Below, in pieces: positions 28,990 to 39,900 of a stretch of DNA of 64,000 bases; the stretch's first letter is position 1; every line of letters begins with the position of its first letter. A model generated the notes under the pieces. It searched no databases. It had not been told where the DNA came from and worked only from the letters and a program-made list of their open reading frames with translations. The position numbers were made by a program, and so were the translations under genes. Source of the stretch: Alphaproteobacteria bacterium (GTDB lineage Bacteria; Pseudomonadota; Alphaproteobacteria; SP197); assembly GCA_965200745.1 (NCBI GenBank), contig CBDAUZ010000001.1, forward strand, positions 370,896 through 434,895. Direction: 5' to 3'.

Positions 28990-31318
28990 CCTATCATTGA
29001 ATCACACTTGATTCCGACATGAGTTTCTGCATGAAGCAGCATCATGCAGATTGGTTTGCGTCAGGTTTCAGCGGACACGATGTCGTGGCTGAGCAATGCA
29101 TGCAAGAGTGGTGATTGCTCGCGCGCATCACTGGCGCGCGAGATCTCCAGTCTCGAGGGCTGGCTTGACTATCGGGGTCGCCCGCGTTTGTCATCGGGGC
29201 ATCATGTTCTTCCGGTTCTGGCGCGCGAGCTTGGTGTTTCCTTGCCGCCCCGCGCGTTACCGGTTGGTGATGCCCATGTTCGTGCGGCGGTTGGTTATCC
29301 GGACCTGTCTCTTTCCTGCACGCTTGCGGCGCTTGGTGTTGTCTCGGTTGATCTGGTTTCGGAGGCGGATCGCCGTTGTTGGGATTCGATGATGGAGAGC
29401 CATCATCGTGGCGGTTGGCGGCGCGCACCGGGTGGTTTGCTGCGCTACTGGATCCGTTCATCGCGCTACGGGATTGTGGGCGGCTTGTGTTTCACCGCGG
29501 CGGGCCTGCAGCTCAAGCCGCGCGATGACTATATTGGCTGGTCCGCCGCCGCCCGCCTTGCCCACATACAAGAGGTTGTGTGCAACCATCGATTTCTGAT
29601 TTTGCCGTCGGTGCGGGTGCACCATCTGGCTTCGACGGCACTGCGCGCGGCAACCGTGCGCGTGGCCACGGACTGGCAGGAGCGCTATGGCGTGCGCCCC
29701 CTTCTGCTTTACACATTCGTTGCGCCGGACCATTCGGGTCTGAGCTACCGTGCGGCGGGCTGGGAATGCTGTCCGCAATGGACATCGGGTCGCCGTTCCG
29801 GGGTGCCGCGTGCGGTCTGGGTGAAGCCACTGGAGGCGGGCTGGAAGGCGGCACTCACCCACGAGGAGGCGCCTGTTCTCGGCCGTTCCAAACCGTTGTA
29901 TTGTGACGGTTCGTGGGCGCAACGCGAGTATGCCCGCAGTTCTTATCCCGACGGCCGCGTCAGGCGCCGGATTGCGGCGATGGGCAAGGCATGGCAGAAG
30001 AAACTGGGCGCGTCGATCCCGGTTATCTTTCCACGCCAGGCTGATCAGACGGCGGCCTATCGATTGCTGTCGAACGAGAATGTGACCATGAAGCATATCC
30101 TGGAGCCGCATTACGAGGCGACTGTTGACCGCTGCCGACAGGAGCGTCTGGTGCTGGCGATCCAGGACACGACGACCGTGAACTACGACACCTTGTCTGC
30201 GACGGGCGGCCTTGACGATCTCGGTGGCGGCGGCAAGGGGACAGCGGGTGTTCTCGCGCATTGCGGCATGGCGATCAACGGCGTTGGCCGTCCGCTGGGC
30301 CTGTTCACCATGGATGCGTCGTTCCGGCGGGCCGCCGGCAAGGACAGTGTCCGCTGGGTGGCGGGTCTTGACCGTGCGCGGGAACTTGCTGCGGCCTGTG
30401 CGCACACCCGGGTTGTCAGCGTCTGTGACCGCGAGGGCGATTTCTGGAGCCTGTTGTCGCACGCCAGAGACACCGGTGGCGAACTTCTGGTGCGTGCCAG
30501 CCGTTCGGCGCAGCGCCGGGTCGACACGCCTGCCGGTGCGGTTGACCTGTGGAGTCATGTCGAAGGGCTGGAACCGCTCGGGACACGGACCATCGATGTG
30601 CCGGGCTGCGGCGGACCCAACCGGCGCAAGGCGCGCACGGTCACGTTGACCCTGCGGTCTGCCCATGTTGATCTGATTGCGCCCAACGATGTCGGCGGTG
30701 ACCCCCTGTCCATGCTGGCGGTTTCGGCACGCGAGGATAACCCGAAAAAGAACACCACCCCCCTGAACTGGTTGCTGCTTTCCACCGTCGGTGAAGCCAA
30801 TCTCGACGGCGCGAAGGAACTCCTGCGCTTCTACGAACTGCGCTGGAGCATCGAACGCTTCTTCCATGCGCTCAAGACCGGAACACGCATCGAAGACCGG
30901 CGGCTCGACGAGGCCGACGACCTCAAGAAATGTCTGGCATTCGACGCCATCACGGCCTTCCGGGTGTGGGACCTCACCTGGCTGGCGCGGACCAGGGCCA
31001 ACGACCCGGCGCACGAATATGTGCCACCACACGACATCGAGATGTTGTGCGCCCTCACGCGCTTCTATCAACTCAAATCAGTGCGCGGACCGCCCGGACC
31101 GGACATGGATATCGAAAAGTTTGTCATCCTGACCGCCGGGCTGGCAGGCTTCCATCCATCAAAACGACAACCCTTGCCCGGCACACAGAAACTCTGGGAA
31201 GGAAGTCAGATCCTGACCCAATCCGTGACCGGATACCAGGCAATAAAAGAAATACTGGACCAATAACCCGCAAAGGAAACCATCCAGGAAACGGAATCAA
31301 GTGTGATGCATTGATAGG
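28990..31318 (+). mobile_element. IS4-family (Tn5/IS50-like) insertion sequence
   Basis: 27-bp imperfect terminal IRs (CCTATCATTGAATCACACTTGATTCCG / revcomp CCTATCAATGCATCACACTTGATTCCG, 25/27 match). No flanking direct repeat found. Confidence 0.75.
29044..31266 (+). CDS. IS4-family DDE transposase with about 290-aa N-terminal extension
   Basis: The C-terminal two-thirds aligns to Tn5 Tnp ('LAIQDTTTVNY', 'VCDREGDF', 'YELRWSIERFFHALKTG' YREK signature). The N-terminal ~290 aa are extra and possibly DUF4338-like. Confidence 0.8.
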   Translation: MQIGLRQVSADTMSWLSNACKSGDCSRASLAREISSLEGWLDYRGRPRLSSGHHVLPVLARELGVSLPPRALPVGDAHVRAAVGYPDLSLSCTLAALGVVSVDLVSEADRRCWDSMMESHHRGGWRRAPGGLLRYWIRSSRYGIVGGLCFTAAGLQLKPRDDYIGWSAAARLAHIQEVVCNHRFLILPSVRVHHLASTALRAATVRVATDWQERYGVRPLLLYTFVAPDHSGLSYRAAGWECCPQWTSGRRSGVPRAVWVKPLEAGWKAALTHEEAPVLGRSKPLYCDGSWAQREYARSSYPDGRVRRRIAAMGKAWQKKLGASIPVIFPRQADQTAAYRLLSNENVTMKHILEPHYEATVDRCRQERLVLAIQDTTTVNYDTLSATGGLDDLGGGGKGTAGVLAHCGMAINGVGRPLGLFTMDASFRRAAGKDSVRWVAGLDRARELAAACAHTRVVSVCDREGDFWSLLSHARDTGGELLVRASRSAQRRVDTPAGAVDLWSHVEGLEPLGTRTIDVPGCGGPNRRKARTVTLTLRSAHVDLIAPNDVGGDPLSMLAVSAREDNPKKNTTPLNWLLLSTVGEANLDGAKELLRFYELRWSIERFFHALKTGTRIEDRRLDEADDLKKCLAFDAITAFRVWDLTWLARTRANDPAHEYVPPHDIEMLCALTRFYQLKSVRGPPGPDMDIEKFVILTAGLAGFHPSKRQPLPGTQKLWEGSQILTQSVTGYQAIKEILDQ

Positions 31319-31549
31319 AACATGGCCGGCCTCGTGCCCGGCAGGAAGATGAATCTAACGACCCCGTTTCACCCACTGTCCGGAGCCTTGCCTTGGCTCG
31401 AGGGGCCTCTTGTGACCGCGTACTGCGAACGGTTTCATTGTGAGGGCGCGAAGGATTTGCTGCGCACAATACCGGCAGGATGGATAGGTGTTGACACCCG
31501 GTGGCGCCTGCACGCTACCCCACCGTCTCATCTTGATTGACGCTGAGTC

Positions 31550-32163
31550 TCACGTTGATTGTCGGGGACCAGGCCCCGGTTTGCCGCACTGCGCCTGATC
31601 GCCTGACGATGTGCGACGTTGCGGTCGGCATAGCACGCCCGGTGCACCGTGTCGGGTGCAACGTTGAACCACACACACGCGGCTACCACACCGGCCTTGC
31701 TTCATCACCTGTACGGATACACGGCCACAGGCGGCCCGCCGCTCATCATGGAGAGCAGACGGATAGCCCGCGATCATCACCGCATGGTCCGTATCGGTGT
31801 CGTCATGGAGATAACGGCGATCCGACTTGCGCGTTACCCACAGATACGGCGGGTCGCCGTAGACCAGCTCCGATCCGTCAAAGTCTCCAGAAACCGCTGG
31901 GCGCAACCGTGAACAAGCGCCACATCGTAACCGCAGCGAAACGACGCCAGCGCATGTGCATCCAGTTCAATCCCGATGTTGTGCAAGGCCGCAGGTTTGC
32001 GACGCATCGTTGCCCCACCGCCCAGATGTGTCTCGACGTACACGCTGTGTGGAGGCATCATCGCAATCAGCACCTGACACCGTCTTCGAACCAGAGGATG
32101 CGTTGCCCATGAGGGCGCCAGGCCGTCAACCCGATGGACACGACACGAGCAATCGGAAACCAT
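31550..32163 (-). pseudogene. Dam-like (D12-class) N6-adenine DNA methyltransferase remnant
   Basis: Two frames carry 'SVYVETHLGGGA' (motif I-like) and 'LVYGDPPY' (motif IV). The central ~100 aa are missing and there is a frameshift. Confidence 0.4.
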
Positions 32164-32411
32164 GTTGTCAAATCATCCCGCAGAGCGACCAATTGCGCCC
32201 GGATCCGACAAGATCGGTACCCTCGATCAACGCACTGACGCAGACACAATCCTGAAATGAGAATGACTGATTGTTGGACTCAACAGCGGTGCACCGGACA
32301 CGAAGGCTCACATTTCCCTTTCCTGTACTGCATGGCGGAACCAGGATGGTCACGAATCAACTGGAACGGGTGCAGTCAGAAACTTGATCCATTGACGGGA
32401 AGGTTATCGAC

Positions 32412-33173
32412 ATGACGACGTCTACACGAAGTTCAACGCACCGTTTCAGTCCAGGACAATTGACACCCATCGTGGTGCTGGCGTTCCTGATCGCCGCAAT
32501 CGGTCCATGTCGTGCACAATCAATCGAAGAGGTGCGAGAAGCCCACGACAACGGTCGCTTCCTGGAAGCCGCTGAACTCGGTGAGTCCCTGTCAACGTCC
32601 GAAAGTCTCACCATCGCCTCACTGAGTCTGACGATTCATGGATTTCATGTCGTTGAAGGCGATGATGCCATGCCCTTCCTGGTTCGCGCTGCCGAGCTTG
32701 CAGAAAGGGCCATTGATCAGGACGGGGATAATGTCGATGCTCGTGTTGCCTTGTCCCGTGCCCTCGGACGTCAGGCGCAGACCATGGGCACGATGAAGGC
32801 CGCAAACCTCGAAATTCCGCAGAAGTTACGGCGTATCCTGGAACAAGCCCTGGAGATGGACCCCGCGTCGGCGGCGGCTCATCTCGGTTTCGGGATGTGG
32901 AATTCCGAAGTCGTGGACGGCGCAGGTTCATTCCTCGCGGGTTTGATGTACGGCGCATCAAAGGACAAGGCACTGTACGCCTTCGAAAAAAGTCTCGAAC
33001 TTGCGCCTGACGAAAAGATTGTTCTCTACGAAGTCGCGCTTGGTCTCGAACGACTCGATGCGTCCAGATACGCAGACCGGATACGGGAATTGTTGATGCA
33101 TGCTCTCGAAATTCCGATCGGCAACGCCTTCGATTCGATCATTCACACGCGAATCACCGAACGGTTCGTGTAA
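32412..33173 (+). CDS. Secreted hypothetical protein (signal peptide, helical/TPR-like)
   Basis: N-terminal hydrophobic signal '…IVVLAFLIAAIGPCRAQ'. No family assigned. Confidence 0.4.
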   Translation: MTTSTRSSTHRFSPGQLTPIVVLAFLIAAIGPCRAQSIEEVREAHDNGRFLEAAELGESLSTSESLTIASLSLTIHGFHVVEGDDAMPFLVRAAELAERAIDQDGDNVDARVALSRALGRQAQTMGTMKAANLEIPQKLRRILEQALEMDPASAAAHLGFGMWNSEVVDGAGSFLAGLMYGASKDKALYAFEKSLELAPDEKIVLYEVALGLERLDASRYADRIRELLMHALEIPIGNAFDSIIHTRITERFV

Positions 33174-33313
33174 CATTCATGGTCAAACGATGCGCACGTC
33201 TGTCCACGATCAGACCACCATCGTGTAGCGCCAGTTTGACGGAAGCGTATGGCGGCACCTGGAGGCCGGGCGTGTACCCGTCCGGAATGTTCGCTCTGCA
33301 TATGCCCGGCTTT

Positions 33314-34339
33314 TCAGCCAGGGACAAGAAACGGAATGCCCAGCCAGCGGAATCCGCCCGGATCATACGGAATCGTGCAATTGACACGACTGCGCCCGAC
33401 CGGAAACGGTGTATCAATCCGGACCTCGACCCGTCGACCGAGAAACTCGATGCGTGCGTCACCACCATGTGAGGCGAAGCAATTCAACCGGTCCAGCGCC
33501 CCCACCTCGTCGGGAATCGTGAAACCGATTGCCGGGGGATTGGCCTCGTTCGCCGCGACAAGCATGTCGTCAGGCACCAGATCGGTTACGGGGAGCGGGT
33601 AGCTCTCCAGAATAGACGCGAACCTCTCAATTTCGCCGTAGCGTTCGTTGAGCGCAAACCTGGGAAGCTTGAATGGGTCCGTGGTTGTCGACACCACCCC
33701 GGAATGCTGTCCGAACGCTGCAATGAAACCGGCATCCTTGACCATCTGGACCAGTTCGTCGCTGTACTCACCGAACGGATAGGCAAAAATCCGTGGCGTC
33801 GATCCGAGTTCCCTGATGAACACCGATGTCATGCGCACCATGTCGTCAAGAACTGCGCCGTTATCCATCATGACCATATGCTCATGGGTATCGCTGTGTG
33901 CGCCAATCTGGACTCCGGCATCGCGCAACATGCGCACATCATCCCACGACAGTGACCTGTTTGTTCGACCCACCGAATCGGTGTTGACGAAAACAGTGAA
34001 CGGAAACCCCTTCTCCTGGAGACGCGTGAATGCATGCTCCAGAATTGTACTGGATACATCGTCAACCGTTATTGCAACGGCATTTTCAGGAAGTTCTCCG
34101 TCCGCGATCATTGCATCAACGACGTCGTCAAGCGGAACCACCTGATATCGACTACTCGAGAGTATCTCGAGATGTGCGTCGAATTGTTCAAGCCGAATAT
34201 TGGTTGACGCCAGACTGTCTTCCCCAAACCGGTGATACATCAGGACAACAGCACCGGTTTCCTCGTCGGCCCATGCCGGAGAAATCAGGACAAACGGATA
34301 CGAGATCATCAGCACGAATGCTGCCTGGAAGATGCACAT
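33314..34339 (-). CDS. Polysaccharide deacetylase (NodB-homology) family protein
   Basis: 'AVVLMYHRF', 'ITVDDV' and 'HSDTHEHM' motifs. Probable start MCIFQAAF at 34339, giving a signal peptide. Confidence 0.7.
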   Translation of the reverse strand: MCIFQAAFVLMISYPFVLISPAWADEETGAVVLMYHRFGEDSLASTNIRLEQFDAHLEILSSSRYQVVPLDDVVDAMIADGELPENAVAITVDDVSSTILEHAFTRLQEKGFPFTVFVNTDSVGRTNRSLSWDDVRMLRDAGVQIGAHSDTHEHMVMMDNGAVLDDMVRMTSVFIRELGSTPRIFAYPFGEYSDELVQMVKDAGFIAAFGQHSGVVSTTTDPFKLPRFALNERYGEIERFASILESYPLPVTDLVPDDMLVAANEANPPAIGFTIPDEVGALDRLNCFASHGGDARIEFLGRRVEVRIDTPFPVGRSRVNCTIPYDPGGFRWLGIPFLVPG

Positions 34340-34467
34340 CGCCAGCGCGCTTGTGGCGGATCCGAAGATTCTCAATGGATACTCTCCCGTCAACGGTCCG
34401 ATCGCACCGTCCTTATGACGAAAGCCCGGTTGTGCCAGGCCGGTCGCGATCAGGTTATCCGGCGTCG

Positions 34468-35031
34468 TCACGCCATCATCCCGGTACCTGCAGCCCGATC
34501 GGAAAGAACAGGATAACGCGATGGATTGAAGAGTTGATAATGCCACCATTCATTGTTGTACCAGTCGAAACCCGCAGCGGTCATGATACCGAGCAACAGG
34601 ACACGATTGGTGCGTTCTTCACGCGACAAGCCGGCAGCATCATGATGGCCGCGCACAGTCAGATCGTCGACTGGTCCACCCATGTCCAGTTCCTTGCCCG
34701 AAAGATCGAGCAAGGTTAAATCGAGTGCAATGCCCCTGCTGTGCGGTGATCCCCTTGACGGCGGTGCGACGTAGTTTGCATCCGGGGTGTGATCCCACAA
34801 ACGCTGTTGTGCCTCGGAAGGCCTGAACGCATCGGTGATGCGGATACGGTATCCAAGTTCACGGACCATCTTGATTGCCCTGGCAAGACACAAGGCTGCA
34901 TCCTCATGCAGAAAACAGGCTTCCCGGCCGTAGATGCGCCGTCCAGTGAAATTGTCATCGCGCGCATACAGCAGGTCAATCTCCACGTCCCATTCGGGAG
35001 GCGATATCTCAACCAGTCCGGTCTGACCCAA
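34468..35031 (-). CDS. ddpX: D-Ala-D-Ala dipeptidase (VanX/DdpX, M15D)
   Basis: 'ITDAFRPSEAQQRLWD', 'SRGIALDLTL' and 'WEWWHY'-like motifs. Confidence 0.8.
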   Translation of the reverse strand: MGQTGLVEISPPEWDVEIDLLYARDDNFTGRRIYGREACFLHEDAALCLARAIKMVRELGYRIRITDAFRPSEAQQRLWDHTPDANYVAPPSRGSPHSRGIALDLTLLDLSGKELDMGGPVDDLTVRGHHDAAGLSREERTNRVLLLGIMTAAGFDWYNNEWWHYQLFNPSRYPVLSDRAAGTGMMA

Positions 35032-35096
35032 GAAAGCCTCTCAGTGATTCCGGCCGTCGTTCATCCACAAACACTACCGTTCGACTGCGACATTTG

Positions 35097-35280
35097 ATAG
35101 TGTCGCCACAGGAACAGGTCGAGGGAAATCGGTGAGAACCTCTGGTTTCAGGCCGATGCTGCCCCCGCAACTGTAACGGTGAGACCGGAGATGGATAATC
35201 CACTGGAAAGCGCCGGGTCTGGCGTTGACCGGGAAGGAATCTCCAGTGTCGTTGACCCGCAGCCAGGACATCTCGCTGTT
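35097..35280 (+). promoter_or_regulatory. Cobalamin (AdoCbl) riboswitch upstream of cobU
   Basis: 'AGGGAAATCGGTGAGAACC…GCTGCCCCCGCAACTGTAA…CCACTGG…GGGAAGG…AGCCAGGACATCTCGC' matches the conserved cobalamin-riboswitch core and B12 box. Confidence 0.75.
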
Positions 35281-35317
35281 CCCGTTCTGGATCCTCTGCG
35301 CCTCGGAGGGAGGTCGG

Positions 35318-35890
35318 ATGTCCGTTGCTGCATTTCGCTGGCGCGACACATCGTTACAAGAACCCGGCAACCCGCACGTCTGTTTCGTGTTCGGCGCGAC
35401 GCGATCCGGCAAGAGCCGGTTTGCCGAACAACTCGTCACGCAAACCGGTCTTGAACGGGTCTACATCGCGACAGCAGTCGCTGGCGATGCCGAGATGTCC
35501 GAGCGGATCGCCCGCCATCGGTCACGACGCGGTGACGACTGGATCACAATTGAAGAACCCGTTGAGATCGAACGGGTCCTTCGTGCTGCAATGGCGGAGT
35601 GCGATCGGGTTGCCCTTGTTGATTGCCTGACGATCTGGCTGGCCAATCTCATGGCGACCGATCACGGTATTGATCACTACACGACATCTCTCCTGCGTCA
35701 TCTCGCCGAGATACGCACGCCCATTGTTCTGGTCTCCAACGAGGTCGGGAGCGGAATCGTTCCCGATAACGCCCTCGCCCGAACATTCCGTGATGACCTG
35801 GGAACCCTGAATCGACGCGTGGCCGAAATTGCCGGTCGTGTCGTCCTCGTTTCTGCCGGAATTCCACTTACCCTGAAGGATAGTTCATGA
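35318..35890 (+). CDS. cobU: Adenosylcobinamide kinase / adenosylcobinamide-phosphate guanylyltransferase
   Basis: P-loop 'VFGATRSGKS'. About 190 aa. Start follows GGAGGGAGG. Confidence 0.8.
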   Translation: MSVAAFRWRDTSLQEPGNPHVCFVFGATRSGKSRFAEQLVTQTGLERVYIATAVAGDAEMSERIARHRSRRGDDWITIEEPVEIERVLRAAMAECDRVALVDCLTIWLANLMATDHGIDHYTTSLLRHLAEIRTPIVLVSNEVGSGIVPDNALARTFRDDLGTLNRRVAEIAGRVVLVSAGIPLTLKDSS

Positions 35891-36933
35891 CATTGAACGA
35901 AAAGATCCCGGTCACCGTGCTCACCGGGTTTCTCGGCGCCGGAAAGACGACACTGGTCCAGCACCTGATCCGCAATGCAGGCGGAACCCGTTTCGGATTC
36001 ATCGTCAACGAATTCGGCGATCTCGGAATCGACCGTGAACTCATCCGCGGTTGCGGTGTCGAAGGTTGCGAGGACGACGACATCGTCGAACTCGCCAACG
36101 GCTGCATCTGTTGCACTGTTGCGGACGACTTTCTTCCTGCCATGCTCGGTCTCGTCGACCGGGACGAACCGCCCGAGCATATCGTCATCGAGACGTCGGG
36201 ACTTGCGCTCCCGAAGCCGCTGGTCAAGGCCTTCACATGGCCCGAGGTTCGGACCCGCGTCACGGTTGATGGCGTCATCGCTGTTGTTGACGGACCCGCC
36301 GTTGCCGAAGGGACCTTTGCGGATGATCCGGACGCGGTACAGACGCAGCGCGAGGAAACACCGGAACTCGATCACGAGAACCCCCTTGAGGAGGTTTTCG
36401 AGGAGCAGCTCCTTTGTGCCGACATGATTGTCGTCAACAAGTCAGATCTTCTTGATCGCACGTCAGCGGCGCAGGTTCGTGCAATCCTGGACAGTGCGCG
36501 ACGCCAGACAACACGCGTCGTTTCGGCAACACGGGGTGAGATCGATCCCCTTGTCGTTCTCGGAATCGGTGCAGCTGCCGAGGATGATCTGGATCAGCGT
36601 CCATCGCATCACGATGGTGTCGACGATGATCATGACCATGACGAATTCGACTCGTTCTCCCTGCAACTCGAGAGAGTCGACGATCCGGCGCAACTCGAGT
36701 CGATGCTCAAGGATATCGTTGCGCAACACGAAATCCTGCGGGTGAAGGGATTTGTGGAGGTCACGGGATCACCCATGCGCCATGTCTTTCAGGGCGTGGG
36801 AGGACGCATCGTACGCTACTTCGATCGACCCTGGCTGACCGGGGAAAGTCGTCGCGGGACAATCGTGTTCATCGGCCTGAAGGGAATGAACCGGGATACG
36901 ATCGCCAGGGAACTCGGCGGAATTCGTCCCTGA
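35887..36933 (+). CDS. cobW: CobW (COG0523 G3E GTPase)
   Basis: 'LTGFLGAGKTT', a CxCC motif 'GCICCT', and a His/Asp-rich stretch. Confidence 0.85.
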   Translation: MTLNEKIPVTVLTGFLGAGKTTLVQHLIRNAGGTRFGFIVNEFGDLGIDRELIRGCGVEGCEDDDIVELANGCICCTVADDFLPAMLGLVDRDEPPEHIVIETSGLALPKPLVKAFTWPEVRTRVTVDGVIAVVDGPAVAEGTFADDPDAVQTQREETPELDHENPLEEVFEEQLLCADMIVVNKSDLLDRTSAAQVRAILDSARRQTTRVVSATRGEIDPLVVLGIGAAAEDDLDQRPSHHDGVDDDHDHDEFDSFSLQLERVDDPAQLESMLKDIVAQHEILRVKGFVEVTGSPMRHVFQGVGGRIVRYFDRPWLTGESRRGTIVFIGLKGMNRDTIARELGGIRP

Positions 36934-39900
36934 TGCACCTGCTCGCGGCGCGGCCGGGCCTCCTCATTGACGGCAGCGAGGCGGTAGATCTTCGGCAAAG
37001 CCCGGGAGATATTGCAATTCTTTCCGCTGCCGACACGGAACTTGCATTGTTGGCCGATGCGGCGCAACGGCGTCAGTCCTCCAGACCTGTCGTGCGACTC
37101 GCAAGCACCCTACAACTGGCGCATAACCTTTCGGTTGACACCTGGATCGAGTCAGTTGCTTCACATGCCCGGATCATCGTTGCCCGGATGCTCGGTGGTG
37201 CGTCCTACTGGCGGTACGGCACCGATGAACTCACTGAACTTGCACGCCGGTCCGGATGCCGCCTGGTGCTGCTTCCAGGAGACGACCGCGAGGATCCGGA
37301 ACTCCGCGAACTCTCCTCGATCAGCGATCACGCGTACGACGTACTGTGGTCCTACCTCAACCACGGTGGTTCCACGAACGCCGACAATTTTCTCGGTTTT
37401 CTCGCAAACCTCTGTGACTTCACCGAACCGGTCCTGCCACCGCAACCGTTTGCGCGTTCGGGCTGCTATTGGCCCGCCGTCGGGGTAACCGACAGGGAGC
37501 ATATTCGCAATTTCTGGGCTGGCGACCGACCTGTCGTCGCCATTGTGTTCTACCGCGCGCTCGTTCAGGCTGCGGATACGGCCCCGATTGACATGCTGGT
37601 CGATAGTCTGACGGCTGCGGGTCTCAACCCCCTCCCCGTCTTTTCGCAAAGCCTGCGGGAACCCGGACCGTCTGCATTCGTTGAAGAAACACTGGCCCGG
37701 TATCCGCCGTCAGTGATCGTGAACTGTACGGGATTCTCGTTGTTCAGTCCCGATTCGATCCGTGGCCCCACGCCGTTCGATACCGCCGATTGTCCAATCA
37801 TCCAGGCGGTTCTGTCATCCGACAGTCTGGAGTCCTGGGAGACGCGCACGCGCGGCCTCGCACCGCGCGATATCGCCATGAACGTTGCCCTGCCGGAAGT
37901 TGACGGACGAATTTTCTCGCGCGCCATCTCTTTCAAGTCCGCCAAACGTTTCAACAAGTTTGCGGAAACAAGCGTGGTTCGCCATGAACCGCTTGAAGAC
38001 AGGGTGGACTGGACCGCTGCGCTCGCAGCCGCGTGGGTTCGCCTCGGAAAGACACCCGTCGCACAACGCCGCGTCGCGATGGTTCTCGCGAACTATCCGG
38101 GAAAAACCGCCCGAATCGGCAACGGTGTCGGACTGGACACACCCGCCTCGGCTGTCAACATTCTCGTGCGCATGTATGCCGCTGGCTACCGGACCGGCCC
38201 CGTTCCTGACGACGGCGGCACGTTCATCAGGACCCTGATCGACCGGAAGACCAGAATCCGCGATGACACAGCATGCACACTTGATCTTGACACATACCAA
38301 CAGAGGTTTTCCAACCTTCCCGCAGCTGTCCGGAAGCTGACAACCGAACGCTGGGGCGCGCCGGTTGCCGATCCGACATGCATTGATGGCGCGTTTCGGT
38401 TGCACGTCCACCAACAGGACAACATTGTCATCGGTGTGCAACCCGGACGCGGATATGGTCTCGATCCAAAAGCGGCCTATCACGACCCCGACCTGCCGCC
38501 ACCGCATAGCTATCTCGCCTTCTACTTCTGGATCATTCACGAATTCGGCGCACACGCCGTGATTCAACTCGGCAAGCACGGTAATCTCGAATGGCTGCCG
38601 GGAAAGTCGCTGGCACTGTCAGAATCCTGTTTCCCCGAGGCCGTGTTTGCGCCAATTCCATTGATCTATCCGTTCATCGTGAACGACCCGGGCGAGGGAA
38701 CACAGGCAAAGCGTCGCAATGCCGCAGTCATTGTCGATCACCTGACACCGCCGCTGACGCGTGCGGGAACCTACGGCGCCCTGAACGACCTTGAACAACT
38801 GGTCGATGAATACTTCACCGCGAGCCAGACGGATCCGCGCCGGCTGCCGGTTCTTGCCCGTGACATTCTTGATCTCTGTTCTTCAACAGGACTGGATCAG
38901 GATTGCGGATTCACCACGTCAGATGACGAGGAAAGTCGCCTGTCCAGATTGGACGGTTATCTGTGCGAACTGAAGGAAATGCAGATTCGCGACGGTCTGC
39001 ACATCCTTGGGGATTCGCCACAGGGTGAGCTCCGTGATTCGCTGCTGGTTGCGCTGGCCCGCATGCCGCGCCGCAACGGCGATGGTGAATCGTTGATTCG
39101 CGCGCTCGCCCGTGATCTGTCCCTTGCGTTCGATCCACTCGATGCAGACATGTCGGTGTCCTGGGCGTCCCATCGTCCACCGTGCCTGGAACAGGTGCAT
39201 GATTCGCCCTGGCGCACAAACGGCGACACGATCGAACGCCTTGAACTGCTTGCCAGTGCGCTGGTCGCAGGGCGATGTGAAGTGAACCCGGACTGGCACC
39301 ACACGGCAATCGTACTCAAGGAAATCAGCGAAACACTGGCACCGGCCGTTGAGGCGTGCGGTGAACGTGAATTGACTGCAGTTCTCGACGCGCTCGATGG
39401 CCGTTTTATCGAACCGGGCCCGTCTGGTGCACCCAGCAGGGGTCGCCCCGAAGTCCTGCCAACCGGACGCAATTTCTTTTCGGTCGATACACGTGTTGTC
39501 CCGACCGCCGCGTCCTGGCAGCTTGGCTCAAAATCCGCGGCGCGTCTGCTTGAACGTCATGTTCAGGAGCATGGTGTCTGGCCGCGTTCCGTCGCATTGT
39601 CGGCCTGGGGCACAGCGAACATGCGCACCGGCGGCGACGATATTGCGCAGGCGATGGCTCTGATTGGCGCCCGGCCGGTCTGGGAAAAACGCACGGGCCG
39701 TGTCACCGGATTCGATACCATACCGCTCGACATTCTCGCGCGGCCACGTGTGGACGTTACCTTGCGCGTTTCCGGCTTTTTCCGTGACGCCTTTCCTTCT
39801 CTCATCGATCTCTTCGACAACGCGGTACGCCGGATTGCCGAACTCGACGAGCCGTCGGATATGAATCCTCTGGCAGCGCACGCCCGCCGTGAGGCCGCCA

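Noticed and set aside
31537-32112. 191-aa plus-strand ORF across the Dam-like remnant
   Set aside because: Low-complexity R/H/P-rich translation. The minus-strand frames carry recognisable methyltransferase motifs.
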